DNA from: Escherichia phage vB_EcoS_ACG-M12
Length of the DNA stretch: 46,054 nt
Sequence record: NC_019404.1
Reading direction: 5' to 3' (one strand)
The notes beneath the pieces were generated by a model that had not been told where the DNA came from, did no database searches, and worked only from the letters and a program-made list of their open reading frames with translations. Below, piece after piece: positions 7,750 to 17,223 of the stretch. The translations under genes were made by a program, and so were the position numbers. The number at the start of each line of letters is the position of its first letter. Within the stretch, counting starts at the first letter, position 1.

Positions 7750-8859
7750 ATGTGTAAGATCCGCTATGACAGTGCAAAGGTAAAGGTCCGATTTGATGAA
7801 AACGGATTCCTGGTTGATACCCCGATTGTTGCGCGCGTCGGGGTGCAAACCTACTACCTTCCAGACGGTACAGAACGCAGAGAATTTAGACCAGCCTCAG
7901 AGGTCTTTAAACCTGATTCTCTTGCTAGTTATCAGGGTAAACCAATTACCTTGGGTCATGTTTTTGTTAACTCAGAGAATGCCAAAGAGGTCGTTGTGGG
8001 CGCGGTATCTGGGTCAGCTATGCGTGAGGACTCTAATGTTATTGTTCCTCTAACCGTTTACGACAAGGAATCCATCGAGAAGGCAAAGTCCGGCATTGCT
8101 GGTGAGTTATCAGTAGGTTACTCCACTGTTGATATTGATTCGAAAGGTTGGGGTAGCAATGAAACTGGTGAGTATAAGCTGGACGGAGAATACCATTCAC
8201 AAGATGAAATCCCTTCTGATTGGGTCAGATTCGATGCCCTGCAAACTGAAATCAAAGTAAATCACGTCGCTCTTGTCTATCAGGGCCGCGCTGGAGTAGC
8301 CAAACTTAATTTTGACGCTCAGCAGGAAAACCCGTATACTGGCAGCGTTGATTCTATTAAAGAGGACGTAAAAGAAATGGTTAAGATTAAACTCGACGGT
8401 GCTCAGGAGTTTGAAATTGCTCCCGAAGTCGCCGCACACATTGAAGCAGTTAAGGCCGACTTAGCAAAAGAGAAAGCAAAAGCTGACGCTCTTGAAGCTG
8501 AGCGTGATGCGCTTAAGGATAAAGTTGATGCAATGCCAGCAGAAATCGAGAAAGCAGTTGCTAAAGCGAAAGCAGACGCAGACGCGCTCGCAGCTTTGGT
8601 TGCTGTTGCTGCTGATGCTGGTGTTAAAGCTGATGGTCTGGATGCTAAAGGCATTAAAGTAGCTTACGTTAAAGAAATCTCCGGCCTTGATGTTTCGGAG
8701 AAGTCTGACGCATACATCGACGCAGCGTTCGACATTGCCAAAGAATCTGATAAAATGGCTGAAGTACGTAAAGCGACTACCGCTTCCGACAAATCTGACA
8801 GCGCCGATGAGCCTAAGAAATTAGACCCGCGTGCTCGTTTAGCTAAAATTAAGAAATAA
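7750..8859 (+). CDS. prohead scaffold/protease-like protein with Ala/Lys/Glu-rich coiled-coil C-terminus (369 aa)
   Basis: Position between portal and capsid; C-terminal AKEKAKADALEAERDALKDKVDA-type low-complexity helix; start at the ATG after AGGAG. Confidence 0.5.
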   Translation: MCKIRYDSAKVKVRFDENGFLVDTPIVARVGVQTYYLPDGTERREFRPASEVFKPDSLASYQGKPITLGHVFVNSENAKEVVVGAVSGSAMREDSNVIVPLTVYDKESIEKAKSGIAGELSVGYSTVDIDSKGWGSNETGEYKLDGEYHSQDEIPSDWVRFDALQTEIKVNHVALVYQGRAGVAKLNFDAQQENPYTGSVDSIKEDVKEMVKIKLDGAQEFEIAPEVAAHIEAVKADLAKEKAKADALEAERDALKDKVDAMPAEIEKAVAKAKADADALAALVAVAADAGVKADGLDAKGIKVAYVKEISGLDVSEKSDAYIDAAFDIAKESDKMAEVRKATTASDKSDSADEPKKLDPRARLAKIKK

Positions 8860-8871
8860 GGAGTTATAAAC

Positions 8872-9381
8872 ATGGCAATTCGTTCCGTAGCACTGGCTGG
8901 TATGGTTTCTGATACTTCTCTGTATAACATCGACGGCGCTTGTGTAGTTGGCGGCAGCGATGCAATTCCGGTTGGCACTTTTGTTGGTGTTACATCCGCT
9001 CAGCCTGTAGATGGTCACAAGGTTGTTGGACTCCCAGTCGTAACTGGCTCGGCAGTTAAACCTTATGGTGTTGTTGTTAAATCTCATTACGAGACTACAG
9101 ATGGCACAGCTCGCGTAAATGAAGCGGTTAACGTAATGACTCATGGTCGAATCTGGGTACGCACCACCCTAGCAGCTGCGCCAGTTTTTGGTAGCAAGGT
9201 TTTCGTAAACGCAAGTGGCGTTGTTGTTGCTGAGGCTGCTACCACTACTTGGGAGACTGGCTTTACATTTGCTGGCGGTTACATCGCAAACACTGGCGCA
9301 GACCCACAAAAACTGAGCGTTGATGGTGCCCTAGTTGAGGTTCAGCTTATCCAATCCGCGGACTCAACCGTTGCAGCATAA
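8872..9381 (+). CDS. possible head decoration or minor capsid protein (169 aa)
   Basis: Gly/Val-rich and beta-rich; lies between scaffold and major capsid; SD AAGGAG. Confidence 0.35.
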   Translation: MAIRSVALAGMVSDTSLYNIDGACVVGGSDAIPVGTFVGVTSAQPVDGHKVVGLPVVTGSAVKPYGVVVKSHYETTDGTARVNEAVNVMTHGRIWVRTTLAAAPVFGSKVFVNASGVVVAEAATTTWETGFTFAGGYIANTGADPQKLSVDGALVEVQLIQSADSTVAA

Positions 9382-9398
9382 TAGTTAAGACTAAACTA

Positions 9399-9420
9399 AC
9401 CCGCTTCGGCGGGTTTTTTA
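9399..9420 (+). terminator. rho-independent terminator
   Basis: ACCCGC-ttcg-GCGGGT plus T6; the same hairpin sequence recurs at 14138. Confidence 0.7.
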
Positions 9421-9460
9421 TTGCCTATCATCTCATCATTGCGTGGTCTAAAAACTCGTG

Positions 9461-9466
9461 TATAAT
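9461..9466 (+). promoter_or_regulatory. -10-like TATAAT upstream of the major capsid gene
   Basis: CGTGTATAATG about 40 bp upstream of the ATG at 9505. Confidence 0.35.
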
Positions 9467-9504
9467 GAACCCGTAGACACCTAAATGAAAAGGAACAATA
9501 AAGA

Positions 9505-10449
9505 ATGGCCATTAAATTTGATGCAGAACAAGCAAAAATCACCGCTCACCTCGAGCAAATGGGCGTAGAGAAAGCTGATGCCGCTGGTATCTGGACCGTT
9601 AAGCAGCTTACGGCTACTCTGAATCGCGCTTACGAAAAAGAATATGCGGACAACTCCGTTGTTAATATCTTCCCTGTAACCAATGAAATTCCTGGTCACG
9701 CGAAGTATTTCGAATATCCAGAATTTGATGGCGTTGGTATTGCTCAGATTATCGCTGATTACTCTGACGACCTGCCGCTGGTTGATGCTTTCATGACCGA
9801 GAAACAAGGCAAAGTTTTCCGTTTCGGTAACGCATTCCTGATTTCTACCGATGAAATTAAAGCTGGCGCCGCAACTGGTCAGTCTCTGTCAACTCGCAAA
9901 CAGGCTCTGGCTTTCGAAGCGCACGACAACCTGCTGGATAAACTGGTTTGGTCTGGTTCCACTCCTCACGGTATCGTAAGCGTATTCGATCAGCCTAACA
10001 TCAACAACGTTGTTGCAACGCCAAGCTGGAGCGAGCCGCTTAACGCAATCAATGACGTAACCGCGATGATTGATGCAGTTGAGACTTCAACTCAGGGTAT
10101 CCATCATGTGACTGATATTCTGCTTCCGGCATCCTCTCGTCGAGTAATGCAGCGCCTGGTTCCGAACACAACCCTGAGCTATGGTGAGTTGTTCACTCGT
10201 AACAACCCTGGCCTGACTATTCGTTTCCTGCAGTTCCTGGATAACTACGATGGCGCAGGTGGTAAAGCCGCTCTGGCGTTTGAGAAAAACCCGCTGAACA
10301 TGTCTATCGAGATTCCAGAAGCTACAAATGTACTTCCTGGTCAACCGAAAGATTTGCACTTTAAGTACCCGGTAACTTCTAAAGCGACAGGTTTGATTGT
10401 TTATCGTCCTCTTACGATGGCTGTAATCAAAGGAATCACCTTCGCGTAA
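9505..10449 (+). CDS. major capsid protein (314 aa)
   Basis: Size and position; strong SD; flanked by terminators as expected for an abundantly expressed gene. Confidence 0.7.
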   Translation: MAIKFDAEQAKITAHLEQMGVEKADAAGIWTVKQLTATLNRAYEKEYADNSVVNIFPVTNEIPGHAKYFEYPEFDGVGIAQIIADYSDDLPLVDAFMTEKQGKVFRFGNAFLISTDEIKAGAATGQSLSTRKQALAFEAHDNLLDKLVWSGSTPHGIVSVFDQPNINNVVATPSWSEPLNAINDVTAMIDAVETSTQGIHHVTDILLPASSRRVMQRLVPNTTLSYGELFTRNNPGLTIRFLQFLDNYDGAGGKAALAFEKNPLNMSIEIPEATNVLPGQPKDLHFKYPVTSKATGLIVYRPLTMAVIKGITFA

Positions 10450-10455
10450 TAAATC

Positions 10456-10477
10456 GCCCTCTTCGGAGGGCTTTTTT
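10456..10477 (+). terminator. rho-independent terminator
   Basis: GCCCTC-ttcg-GAGGGC plus T6. Confidence 0.7.
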
Positions 10478-10504
10478 ACGTCTGTACCAAATGGATTTGT
10501 TCGG

Positions 10505-10510
10505 TTATAA
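10505..10510 (+). promoter_or_regulatory. -10-like TATAAT upstream of gene 10542
   Basis: GGTTATAATCAC about 30 bp upstream of the ATG. Confidence 0.3.
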
Positions 10511-10541
10511 TCACTCAATCAGATAAACAAAGGAGAAAAAA

Positions 10542-10787
10542 ATGATTCGTTTAGAACATACAGGCGCTTGCCTTATCGTTTACAAAGGTGAGAAATATTT
10601 ACCTGGCGACGCTTTCGAGGTTGATGTAATTTGTGACGGTCTTAAGCGCTTAATCGCAGAGGGTAAACTCACCATTGAAGGTGATGCTAAAGCAACAAAA
10701 CAGATCGCGCAAGAAGTTGTTAGCAAGAAAAAGCGCAAAGAACCGAAAACCATCTCCGAAGCTGAGACTGGTAACGAGTACAAATAA
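10542..10787 (+). CDS. hypothetical protein (81 aa)
   Basis: SD AAAGGAG; Lys-rich C-terminus. Confidence 0.45.
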   Translation: MIRLEHTGACLIVYKGEKYLPGDAFEVDVICDGLKRLIAEGKLTIEGDAKATKQIAQEVVSKKKRKEPKTISEAETGNEYK

Positions 10788-10793
10788 TAAACA

Positions 10794-10815
10794 GGGCGCT
10801 TCGGCGTCCTTTATT
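10794..10815 (+). terminator. rho-independent terminator
   Basis: GGGCGC-ttcg-GCGTCC followed by TTTATT. Confidence 0.5.
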
Positions 10816-10828
10816 GTATGGAGCTAAT

Positions 10829-11230
10829 ATGAATGATGCAATTTTGGCGTTTATGCGCTCGCTTGTTCCTGCGCTCAAGGCAGTGGATGACGAATCAATT
10901 AATGTATGGATTGATCTGGCACGTCTATATGTATGCGAAAGCAAGTTTGGAGCAGACAAAGACAAGGCTATCGCGCTTTATGCACTGCACCTGATGCTTT
11001 CTGATGGTGCATTCAAGGGTGAGAGTGAAGGCTTGGAAACATACAGTCGTAGAATGGCAAGCTATGCGCTGAGCGGTGAATTCTCCATTACCTATGATAA
11101 CCAATCAGCAATCCAGGGTGATTTATCATCCTCCTCCTGGGGCCGTATGTACAAAGCACTGCTCCGCAAGAAAGGTGGCGGCTTTGGATTGATTACTTCC
11201 GCTGGTGGCGGTGGGTGCGGTTGCCGATGA
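10829..11230 (+). CDS. head-tail connector/adaptor candidate (133 aa)
   Basis: Position in the head-to-tail block; start at the ATG after GGAG (track start is TTG). Confidence 0.4.
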   Translation: MNDAILAFMRSLVPALKAVDDESINVWIDLARLYVCESKFGADKDKAIALYALHLMLSDGAFKGESEGLETYSRRMASYALSGEFSITYDNQSAIQGDLSSSSWGRMYKALLRKKGGGFGLITSAGGGGCGCR

Positions 11231-11598
11231 ACTACAACGAAATCGAATCAATTACTCGCGCTGGCATTAACTTCTTTAGTGATGCCAATGGCGTTTACGA
11301 GATGAGCACTGGTGCTGGATATGTTGAAATCGTTAATGGCATTGAAGTAGACGTTCCAGCGCAAACATTACAACTAAAAGGCTTAGTGCGAGAAATAAAG
11401 ACGCGCGATATCGATGGTGAGTTTATCCAGTTTGGCGATAAGCGCGGAATCTTCACGTCCCAGGTTGAAATTAAGCAGGGTTATCAGATTAAAGTCGATG
11501 GCGAGACTTTTGTTGTTGTTGACCCGCGCCCAGTTAAACCAACCGGCATAGTCGTTGGTTATAGGCCAATTCTTCGCAGGGTGGCTACTTATGGCTAG
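11227..11598 (+). CDS. head-tail joining protein candidate (123 aa)
   Basis: ATGA overlap with the upstream gene; positional call. Confidence 0.4.
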   Translation: MNYNEIESITRAGINFFSDANGVYEMSTGAGYVEIVNGIEVDVPAQTLQLKGLVREIKTRDIDGEFIQFGDKRGIFTSQVEIKQGYQIKVDGETFVVVDPRPVKPTGIVVGYRPILRRVATYG

Positions 11599-12028
11599 AA
11601 ATATTGGAAGCGTGGCTACTTTTGAGAAATCTATTGCTGACTGGATTAACAGAGCAGATAAGGGATTTGAAATTGTAGTCGCCAACACGGTTACCAAGAC
11701 AGCCAACGCAATTGTGGACTTATCCCCGGTCGATACTGGTAGGTTCAAGGCTAACTGGCAAATCACCGCAAACTCACCAGCTCAGCAATCACTGAATGAG
11801 TACGATCAGACTGGTGGGCAGACAAAAACATATCTCGCCAGACAGGCTAGAGCGGTCGCTAACTCAAAAGCTACGAGTGTTATTTATATAACCAACCGAC
11901 TTGATTACGCAGCAGATCTTGAGTACGGAGCTTCAAATCAGGCTCCAGCTGGCGTTTTGGGAGTGGTGCAAGCAAGGTTGGGCAGGTATTTCCAGGAAGC
12001 GGTAGAGGAGGCTCGTCGTGCAATATGA
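11591..12028 (+). CDS. tail completion/neck protein candidate (145 aa)
   Basis: In-frame ATG overlapping the upstream stop; positional call. Confidence 0.4.
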   Translation: MARNIGSVATFEKSIADWINRADKGFEIVVANTVTKTANAIVDLSPVDTGRFKANWQITANSPAQQSLNEYDQTGGQTKTYLARQARAVANSKATSVIYITNRLDYAADLEYGASNQAPAGVLGVVQARLGRYFQEAVEEARRAI

Positions 12029-12419
12029 ATTATCATTAGCAGCAAGGAAATTCGTCGACGATTTGTTGGTAAATGAATTTCCGGTCAGGTATCCAGTTGC
12101 GTGGGAGAATTGTAAGTTTACCCCCCCTGCCGATGGCTCAATCTGGCTTAAGTACGACTACACGGAAGTTGACACCGTAACTTACGGATTAAGCAGGAAG
12201 TGCAAATACTACGTAGGCATGGTGCAGGTTTCTGTTTTCTTCAGTCCTGGAACTGGAATTGACAGGCCCAGACAGATCGCTAATCAATTGGCAGAATCTA
12301 TCGTTGATGGTACAATGCTTGACAGCGGGACCATTTATGAGTCTGGAGTTGTTAACCCCGTTATCAAATCCAAGTCTGGGTGGTTTATCCCGGTTCGTTT
12401 TTATGTTCGTCTAGACTAA
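12018..12419 (+). CDS. tail terminator candidate (133 aa)
   Basis: GTG start 7 nt after GGAGG; positional call. Confidence 0.4.
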   Translation: MQYELSLAARKFVDDLLVNEFPVRYPVAWENCKFTPPADGSIWLKYDYTEVDTVTYGLSRKCKYYVGMVQVSVFFSPGTGIDRPRQIANQLAESIVDGTMLDSGTIYESGVVNPVIKSKSGWFIPVRFYVRLD

Positions 12420-12434
12420 CAAAAGGAAAAATAC

Positions 12435-13091
12435 ATGGCCCATCTCAGCAATGGCACGCAGGTCTTCGTAGAAGGCTCTCGCGGAGCTGCAATTGACGTA
12501 ACAGCAATTTCTAACGCAGTTACACCTGTTTTAACTGTATCTGACGCATCCGGCGTGGCTGAGGGTGATTACCTGCTTTTCACCTCCTCAGCCTCTGCGC
12601 TTCTGGCTGACAAGCAAGTTCGCGTAACCGCAGTCTCTGGCACCTCGGTAACTGTTGAGGGTATTGATACCTCAAGCACTACCAAATTCCCTGCTGGTTT
12701 AACTGGTGAGGTTGTCAAGATTACTTCATGGTTCGAAGTTCCGTGCGTTCAGGACGTATCTACTGACGGCGGCGAGCAGCAGTTCGTTAACTTCCAGTGT
12801 CTTTCTGATGACCGTGAACAGCAGATTCCGACTTATAAATCTGCCGTAACAAACACCTTTACCTTTGCTCACGAGTACACCAACCCGGTTTATCCGGTTC
12901 TGCGTAACTACGATGAGTCTGGCCAGGTTGTTGCGATTCGCCTGTTCGTACCTCGCGCTCAGGAAATGCGCTTGCAGTCCGGCACTATCGCTTTCAACGA
13001 CACCCCTACCATTGGTGTTAACGAAATCGAAACGGTATCTATCGCGGTATCCATTCGTGGTCGCTTGTCCTCCGTGGCAGCTGAAGTTTAA
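12435..13091 (+). CDS. major tail protein (218 aa)
   Basis: Position directly upstream of the chaperone/tape-measure genes; followed by a strong terminator. Confidence 0.6.
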   Translation: MAHLSNGTQVFVEGSRGAAIDVTAISNAVTPVLTVSDASGVAEGDYLLFTSSASALLADKQVRVTAVSGTSVTVEGIDTSSTTKFPAGLTGEVVKITSWFEVPCVQDVSTDGGEQQFVNFQCLSDDREQQIPTYKSAVTNTFTFAHEYTNPVYPVLRNYDESGQVVAIRLFVPRAQEMRLQSGTIAFNDTPTIGVNEIETVSIAVSIRGRLSSVAAEV

Positions 13092-13098
13092 AACACAA

Positions 13099-13121
13099 AC
13101 CCTCTTCGGAGGGTTTTTTTA
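13099..13121 (+). terminator. rho-independent terminator
   Basis: ACCCTC-ttcg-GAGGGT plus T7. Confidence 0.7.
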
Positions 13122-13124
13122 TTG

Positions 13125-13200
13125 ATAGCACTTTTTGTTAAAGACTAAAAATCAAAATGCTGTATAGTTCAATCATCGAAACGAAATGAGAAATTAAGAA
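13125..13200 (+). promoter_or_regulatory. conserved intergenic cassette (GATAGCACTTTTTGTTAAA ... TGTATAGTT ... CATCGAAACGAAATGAG)
   Basis: Precedes gene 13201. Confidence 0.5.
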
Positions 13201-13467
13201 ATGAATAGTAAGTTAGAAGTATTATCCGCACTTCGCGGCCCTATTTGTGTAGCTGCGCTGGTTGCCTTTTATGCAGCAGTTCAGATTATCAACCCAACAA
13301 GAGCGGAAACAGCAAACTCTGACGCGGCAAAATACAATTCGGTTTTCTCTGAGCACAAGGCAATCTGCGAGAAGGCTTCTGGTAGCAAGATTGATCAGGT
13401 TCTGAAGTATGGCAAGGAAATCTGCGTAGATATCGCGCACGACATTGCAAAAGAAAGCACTAAGTAA
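13201..13467 (+). CDS. hypothetical protein with N-terminal hydrophobic segment (88 aa), moron-like, inside the tail module
   Basis: Own cassette; hydrophobic stretch ICVAALVAFYAAVQII near the N-terminus. Confidence 0.45.
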   Translation: MNSKLEVLSALRGPICVAALVAFYAAVQIINPTRAETANSDAAKYNSVFSEHKAICEKASGSKIDQVLKYGKEICVDIAHDIAKESTK

Positions 13468-13503
13468 TACAATAATCAAACACTAAAAAAGAGGATTAAC
13501 GAG

Positions 13504-13818
13504 ATGGCAAAGTTCAAACTTTCACTAGCGGCACTACCTGACTTTAAACTGCCTGTAAAATTCAAGCTAGCTAACGACCAGGATGTAGAGGTTATGTTCA
13601 CAGTTAAGCACAAGAAAACTTCTGAACTGCAGGAGTTGCTTAACAAGGAAAACCTGAGCACTAAAGAGCTTATTATGGCAATTGCCTCTGATTGGGATTT
13701 AGAGGAAGAGTACAATGAGGAAAACGTTAATGAGTTCTCCGATCTGTTCCCGGCTTCAACCGTTGCTTTGACTACTGCTTACATGCAGGCACTGGCGGGT
13801 CAGCGAGTAAAAAACTAA
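13504..13818 (+). CDS. tail assembly chaperone (G-like, 104 aa)
   Basis: Immediately upstream of the tape measure; ends with the slippery heptamer A_AAA_AAC then TAA. Confidence 0.6.
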   Translation: MAKFKLSLAALPDFKLPVKFKLANDQDVEVMFTVKHKKTSELQELLNKENLSTKELIMAIASDWDLEEEYNEENVNEFSDLFPASTVALTTAYMQALAGQRVKN

Positions 13819-14138
13819 AGAGGGCGGTGTATCTACAGTACCAGTCAGAGCCAACTGATGCCGAACTGGAGGCTATTGGGATGCGCCGCTCTGATTACGA
13901 AGATGAAGAGCCTGAAGTTTTACACTTCGACGAAAACATGATGAAAGCATGGGACATTTACTGTTCAATGGCTACGCAGTGGAGAGTCGGAGCTAACGGA
14001 GCTACAGGTCTAGATTACAACGTGCTAAATTTCCTCTTTAGAGTGTATAATGTCTCAGAAGAAGAATTGGTGCTCAGCGATTTACGCATCCTTGAAGCTA
14101 AGGCTCTTGAGATGATGGATAACCTGAGAAAAAAATAA
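13504..14138 (+). CDS. predicted frameshifted chaperone fusion (GT-like) via -1 slip at 13809-13815
   Basis: ORF 13827..14138 is in the -1 frame relative to 13504..13818 and has no ATG of its own (track start is GTG); classic arrangement before the tape measure. Confidence 0.5.
13809..13815 (+). other. candidate -1 programmed frameshift site A_AAA_AAC
   Basis: X_XXY_YYZ heptamer in the zero frame (GTA AAA AAC TAA); the -1 frame stays open into ORF 13827..14138. Confidence 0.55.
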
Positions 14139-14158
14139 CCCGCTTCGGCGGGTTTTCT
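14138..14158 (+). terminator. terminator-like hairpin (attenuator?)
   Basis: ACCCGC-ttcg-GCGGGT followed by TTTTCT; the tape measure gene starts 16 nt later. Confidence 0.4.
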
Positions 14159-14173
14159 ATTATGGAGGCTTAG

Positions 14174-17152
14174 ATGGCAACAAATGAATTAGCCGGAATC
14201 ACACTAGCCGTAGACGTCTCGCAGGTAGACAGGGGAACGCAATCCCTACAAAAGTTCAGACAGGCCAACCAACAGGCTGCATCTGGGATTAGTGAGTTCG
14301 TCAATGCTGAGCAGGTTGCTAAAAACCAGGCTAGAGATACCGCTCGCGCACTTGCTGAGCAACAGGCATCTTTAGCTAAATTGCAAACAGCTATTGATCC
14401 AACCGCTGCAAAGTTCCGCAAGCTGCAAGAGGCTGCTGTAGGTCTGGATAAGGCATTCGCGGCTGGAGTAGTTCCTGATGAGGAGTTTTTCCGATTAGGT
14501 GAAGCCCTTGAAACGCAGAACGCAAAACTTGCTCGTTCACGTGCGGCACTAACTGAGGAGGGTAGAGCGGCAGCTCAGGCCGCAAAAGATAAAGCAAAGG
14601 CAAAGGCTGAAGCTGATAGGTTCATTGCGTCACTTGAGCGCCAGGCTCAAGCGGCAACATTGACGCGCGAAGAGTATCTAAAGTTACAGGCTGCTCAGCT
14701 TGGCGTAAGTTCTCAGGCGGCACCTATTATTGACAGAATCGCCGATGCATCACAGAAGGCAAACACCCAGCTAATTGCTCAGAGTAAGGCTTTTCAGAAA
14801 TCAGGATTAAGCGCGGGTCAATACAAGAATGCAATTTCTCAGCTGCCAGCGCAGATTACTGATATTGGCACGTCGCTTGCTGGCGGCATTCCGATTTGGC
14901 TTATTGCAATTCAGCAAGGTGGGCAGATCAAGGATGCATTTGGCGGTATTGGTAACACATTTAGATTCGCGCTTGCAGCCTTAAACCCATTCAATGTAGC
15001 TGTTGGTGTTTTGGGTGGGGCGCTTGTAGCTCTTGGTGTTGGTGCGGCTCAGGCTGAAAGTGAATTCAGAGCATTAAACTCCGCAATTGCTTTCTCCAAC
15101 AACTCTACAATCGCATCAATTTCGCAGGTTAGAGAGTTGGTTAGCTCTGTTTCTGATGCAACAGGTGCCACCAGAGGACTTGTGACTAGCATCGCAACAA
15201 GCCTTATTGAGCAAGGGAACCTTACGCTGACGCAGATTGACAAGATTACTAAATCGACCGCAAGATGGGCGCAGTTGACAGGTAAGGATGCGAAGGAGAT
15301 TACTGGTTACTATAACCAGATTGCAAGCGACCCAATCCAGGGTTTAGTTGATTTGGATAAGCGCTTTAACTTCCTCACACAGGGGCAGTTGACGACAATC
15401 GAAAACCTGAGAAAGACAAAGGGAGAAGTTGAGGCCGTTACTGCTGCGATTGATATTTTCAGCAAGTCTCAGGAAGCCAACCTTAACGACATAGCTGCGC
15501 AGTTAACTCCGCTTGAGCTAGCCTGGAATGATTTCAGAAAGTACATCTCTGATATATGGGATGCAATTAGCCGTAGAACGGTTGGGGCTCTAAACCTGTT
15601 TGTTGACGTAATCGCCGGAACAATTGAGCAGATCAGGGTCTTCATTAATCAGGGTGATGCGCTGATTGGTGAATTCGTAATTAGCGCAACTCAGGCATTG
15701 CAGAACATTCCTGGTCTTGATGGCGTTGGTGATGATGTTATCAAGGGGCAGCAGAAGATTATCGATGCCGCCAAGAAGCAAAACCTTGAGCTAGAGAAGT
15801 CTATCAAGGAGCGCGATGCCAGAATCAGAGAGGGAGAGCTTGGTTACGTTACTCGCAGAGAAAATCAGAATACCAATGAGCAGTCAGGTACTGATGAGGA
15901 ATTTGCAAAAAGGAAGAAGGCGCTTCAGGATGAGCTTGATGCGATCAAGAAGAACAGGAAAGAAGAAAATAGTAGGGTTAAGGAGCAAAGAGATTTAACA
16001 ATTGGTTATGAATATGGCGTTCTGGCGCTTCAGGCTCAACTCAAGGCGCTTCAGGAAAACAGGGATATTGGCGCAGTAATAAGCAATGAGCGCAAGCAGT
16101 ATCTTCAGGAGGAGGCCAAATTCAGGATTCTTGAGCAGAGACAACTTGATGGCTCAATTACCAAAGAGCAAGCAAGACTTCTCATTGAAAAGGATAAAGT
16201 TCTTGAGTTAGCCAGACAGAAGGCTGAGCTAGGTGATCAGATTGTTTTGCAGGAGCGAGCTAATAAGTTAGCTGAAGATAACCGCAAGAAGATTCTTCAG
16301 ATTAACAATGAGGCAAGTAACATTGATTTGGGTGCTGGTTTATCATCTCGCGAGCAGCAGAGAGCCAAAGAGATTCAGGCTCTTCAATCCAATCAGGTTA
16401 ATGCTGGTGGTTCTGTTGATGATGTTGATTTTCAGCAATTACTGGAAGCAAGAAAGGAATACTACAAGCAGGAGGATAATCTTAGGTCAGACTGGCAATC
16501 CGGTGTAACATCCACTCTCGCCGACTTGACAGAGAAGTACACTGACTACAACCAGATTGCTAAGGACTTAACTGTTGCGGCATTCGATGGAATTACAGAA
16601 CAGATTACAAACCTTGTAACCACTGGTGAGACTAATTTCAGAGATTTCACAGCAAGCATCCTCAAAATGATTGCGAAGATTGCAACTCAGTTACTTTTGG
16701 TTAAGGCCATCGAATCAACATTGACTAGTTTTGGTGGTGGGGGAGGTAACGTGTTTGGCTCACTTGCATCTGCCATAGGTTTTGCTGGTGGCGGCTATAC
16801 TGGTGATGGTGGGAAGTATCAGCCAGCAGGAACGGTGCACCGTGGTGAGTTTGTATTCACAAAAGAAGCGACAAGCAGAATTGGCGTGAAAAACCTTTAC
16901 GCGCTGATGAAGGGTTATGCGAATGGCGGCGCTGTTGGTGGTCCTTCCGGTTATGCGAATGGTGGTTTGGTTTCTGGTGGAACTGATGTTAATGTTAGCG
17001 GCATCACTGTTAACGTAAATTCCGGTTTGGGTGGCGACTCAGAGCAAGCAAAAGCATTGCAGAGTGGCGTCAAGGCTATCGTAGCGGAAGAAATTGCTCA
17101 GTCTTTCCAGCAGGGTGGCAGGGCGTATGCCTATTTGAGAGGTTTTAACTAA
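14174..17152 (+). CDS. tail tape measure protein (992 aa)
   Basis: Largest tail gene after the chaperones; long Ala/Gln/Glu-rich coiled coil; Gly-rich C-terminal region. Confidence 0.8.
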   Translation: MATNELAGITLAVDVSQVDRGTQSLQKFRQANQQAASGISEFVNAEQVAKNQARDTARALAEQQASLAKLQTAIDPTAAKFRKLQEAAVGLDKAFAAGVVPDEEFFRLGEALETQNAKLARSRAALTEEGRAAAQAAKDKAKAKAEADRFIASLERQAQAATLTREEYLKLQAAQLGVSSQAAPIIDRIADASQKANTQLIAQSKAFQKSGLSAGQYKNAISQLPAQITDIGTSLAGGIPIWLIAIQQGGQIKDAFGGIGNTFRFALAALNPFNVAVGVLGGALVALGVGAAQAESEFRALNSAIAFSNNSTIASISQVRELVSSVSDATGATRGLVTSIATSLIEQGNLTLTQIDKITKSTARWAQLTGKDAKEITGYYNQIASDPIQGLVDLDKRFNFLTQGQLTTIENLRKTKGEVEAVTAAIDIFSKSQEANLNDIAAQLTPLELAWNDFRKYISDIWDAISRRTVGALNLFVDVIAGTIEQIRVFINQGDALIGEFVISATQALQNIPGLDGVGDDVIKGQQKIIDAAKKQNLELEKSIKERDARIREGELGYVTRRENQNTNEQSGTDEEFAKRKKALQDELDAIKKNRKEENSRVKEQRDLTIGYEYGVLALQAQLKALQENRDIGAVISNERKQYLQEEAKFRILEQRQLDGSITKEQARLLIEKDKVLELARQKAELGDQIVLQERANKLAEDNRKKILQINNEASNIDLGAGLSSREQQRAKEIQALQSNQVNAGGSVDDVDFQQLLEARKEYYKQEDNLRSDWQSGVTSTLADLTEKYTDYNQIAKDLTVAAFDGITEQITNLVTTGETNFRDFTASILKMIAKIATQLLLVKAIESTLTSFGGGGGNVFGSLASAIGFAGGGYTGDGGKYQPAGTVHRGEFVFTKEATSRIGVKNLYALMKGYANGGAVGGPSGYANGGLVSGGTDVNVSGITVNVNSGLGGDSEQAKALQSGVKAIVAEEIAQSFQQGGRAYAYLRGFN

Positions 17153-17223
17153 TAGCACTAAATGGTAAAGCCAAAAGGATTTGGCTTGCTATAATCAACT
17201 CATTAAAAGCATGAGGTGATAAA
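17151..17223 (+). promoter_or_regulatory. conserved intergenic cassette (AATAGCACTAAATGGTAAA ... TTGGCTTGCTATAATC)
   Basis: Box directly after the tape-measure stop; TGCTATAAT extended -10-like box at 17187-17195. Confidence 0.5.

Noticed and set aside
6462-8654. Nested or antisense ORFs inside the portal and scaffold genes (for example 6462..6662, 6532..6738, 7793..8053, 8403..8654)
   Set aside because: They lie entirely within longer, better-supported genes, lack Shine-Dalgarno sequences and have low-complexity translations typical of alternative-frame artefacts
12865-13125. ORF 12865..13125 overlapping the 3' end of the major tail gene
   Set aside because: Alternative frame of the major tail gene running into the terminator; no independent support
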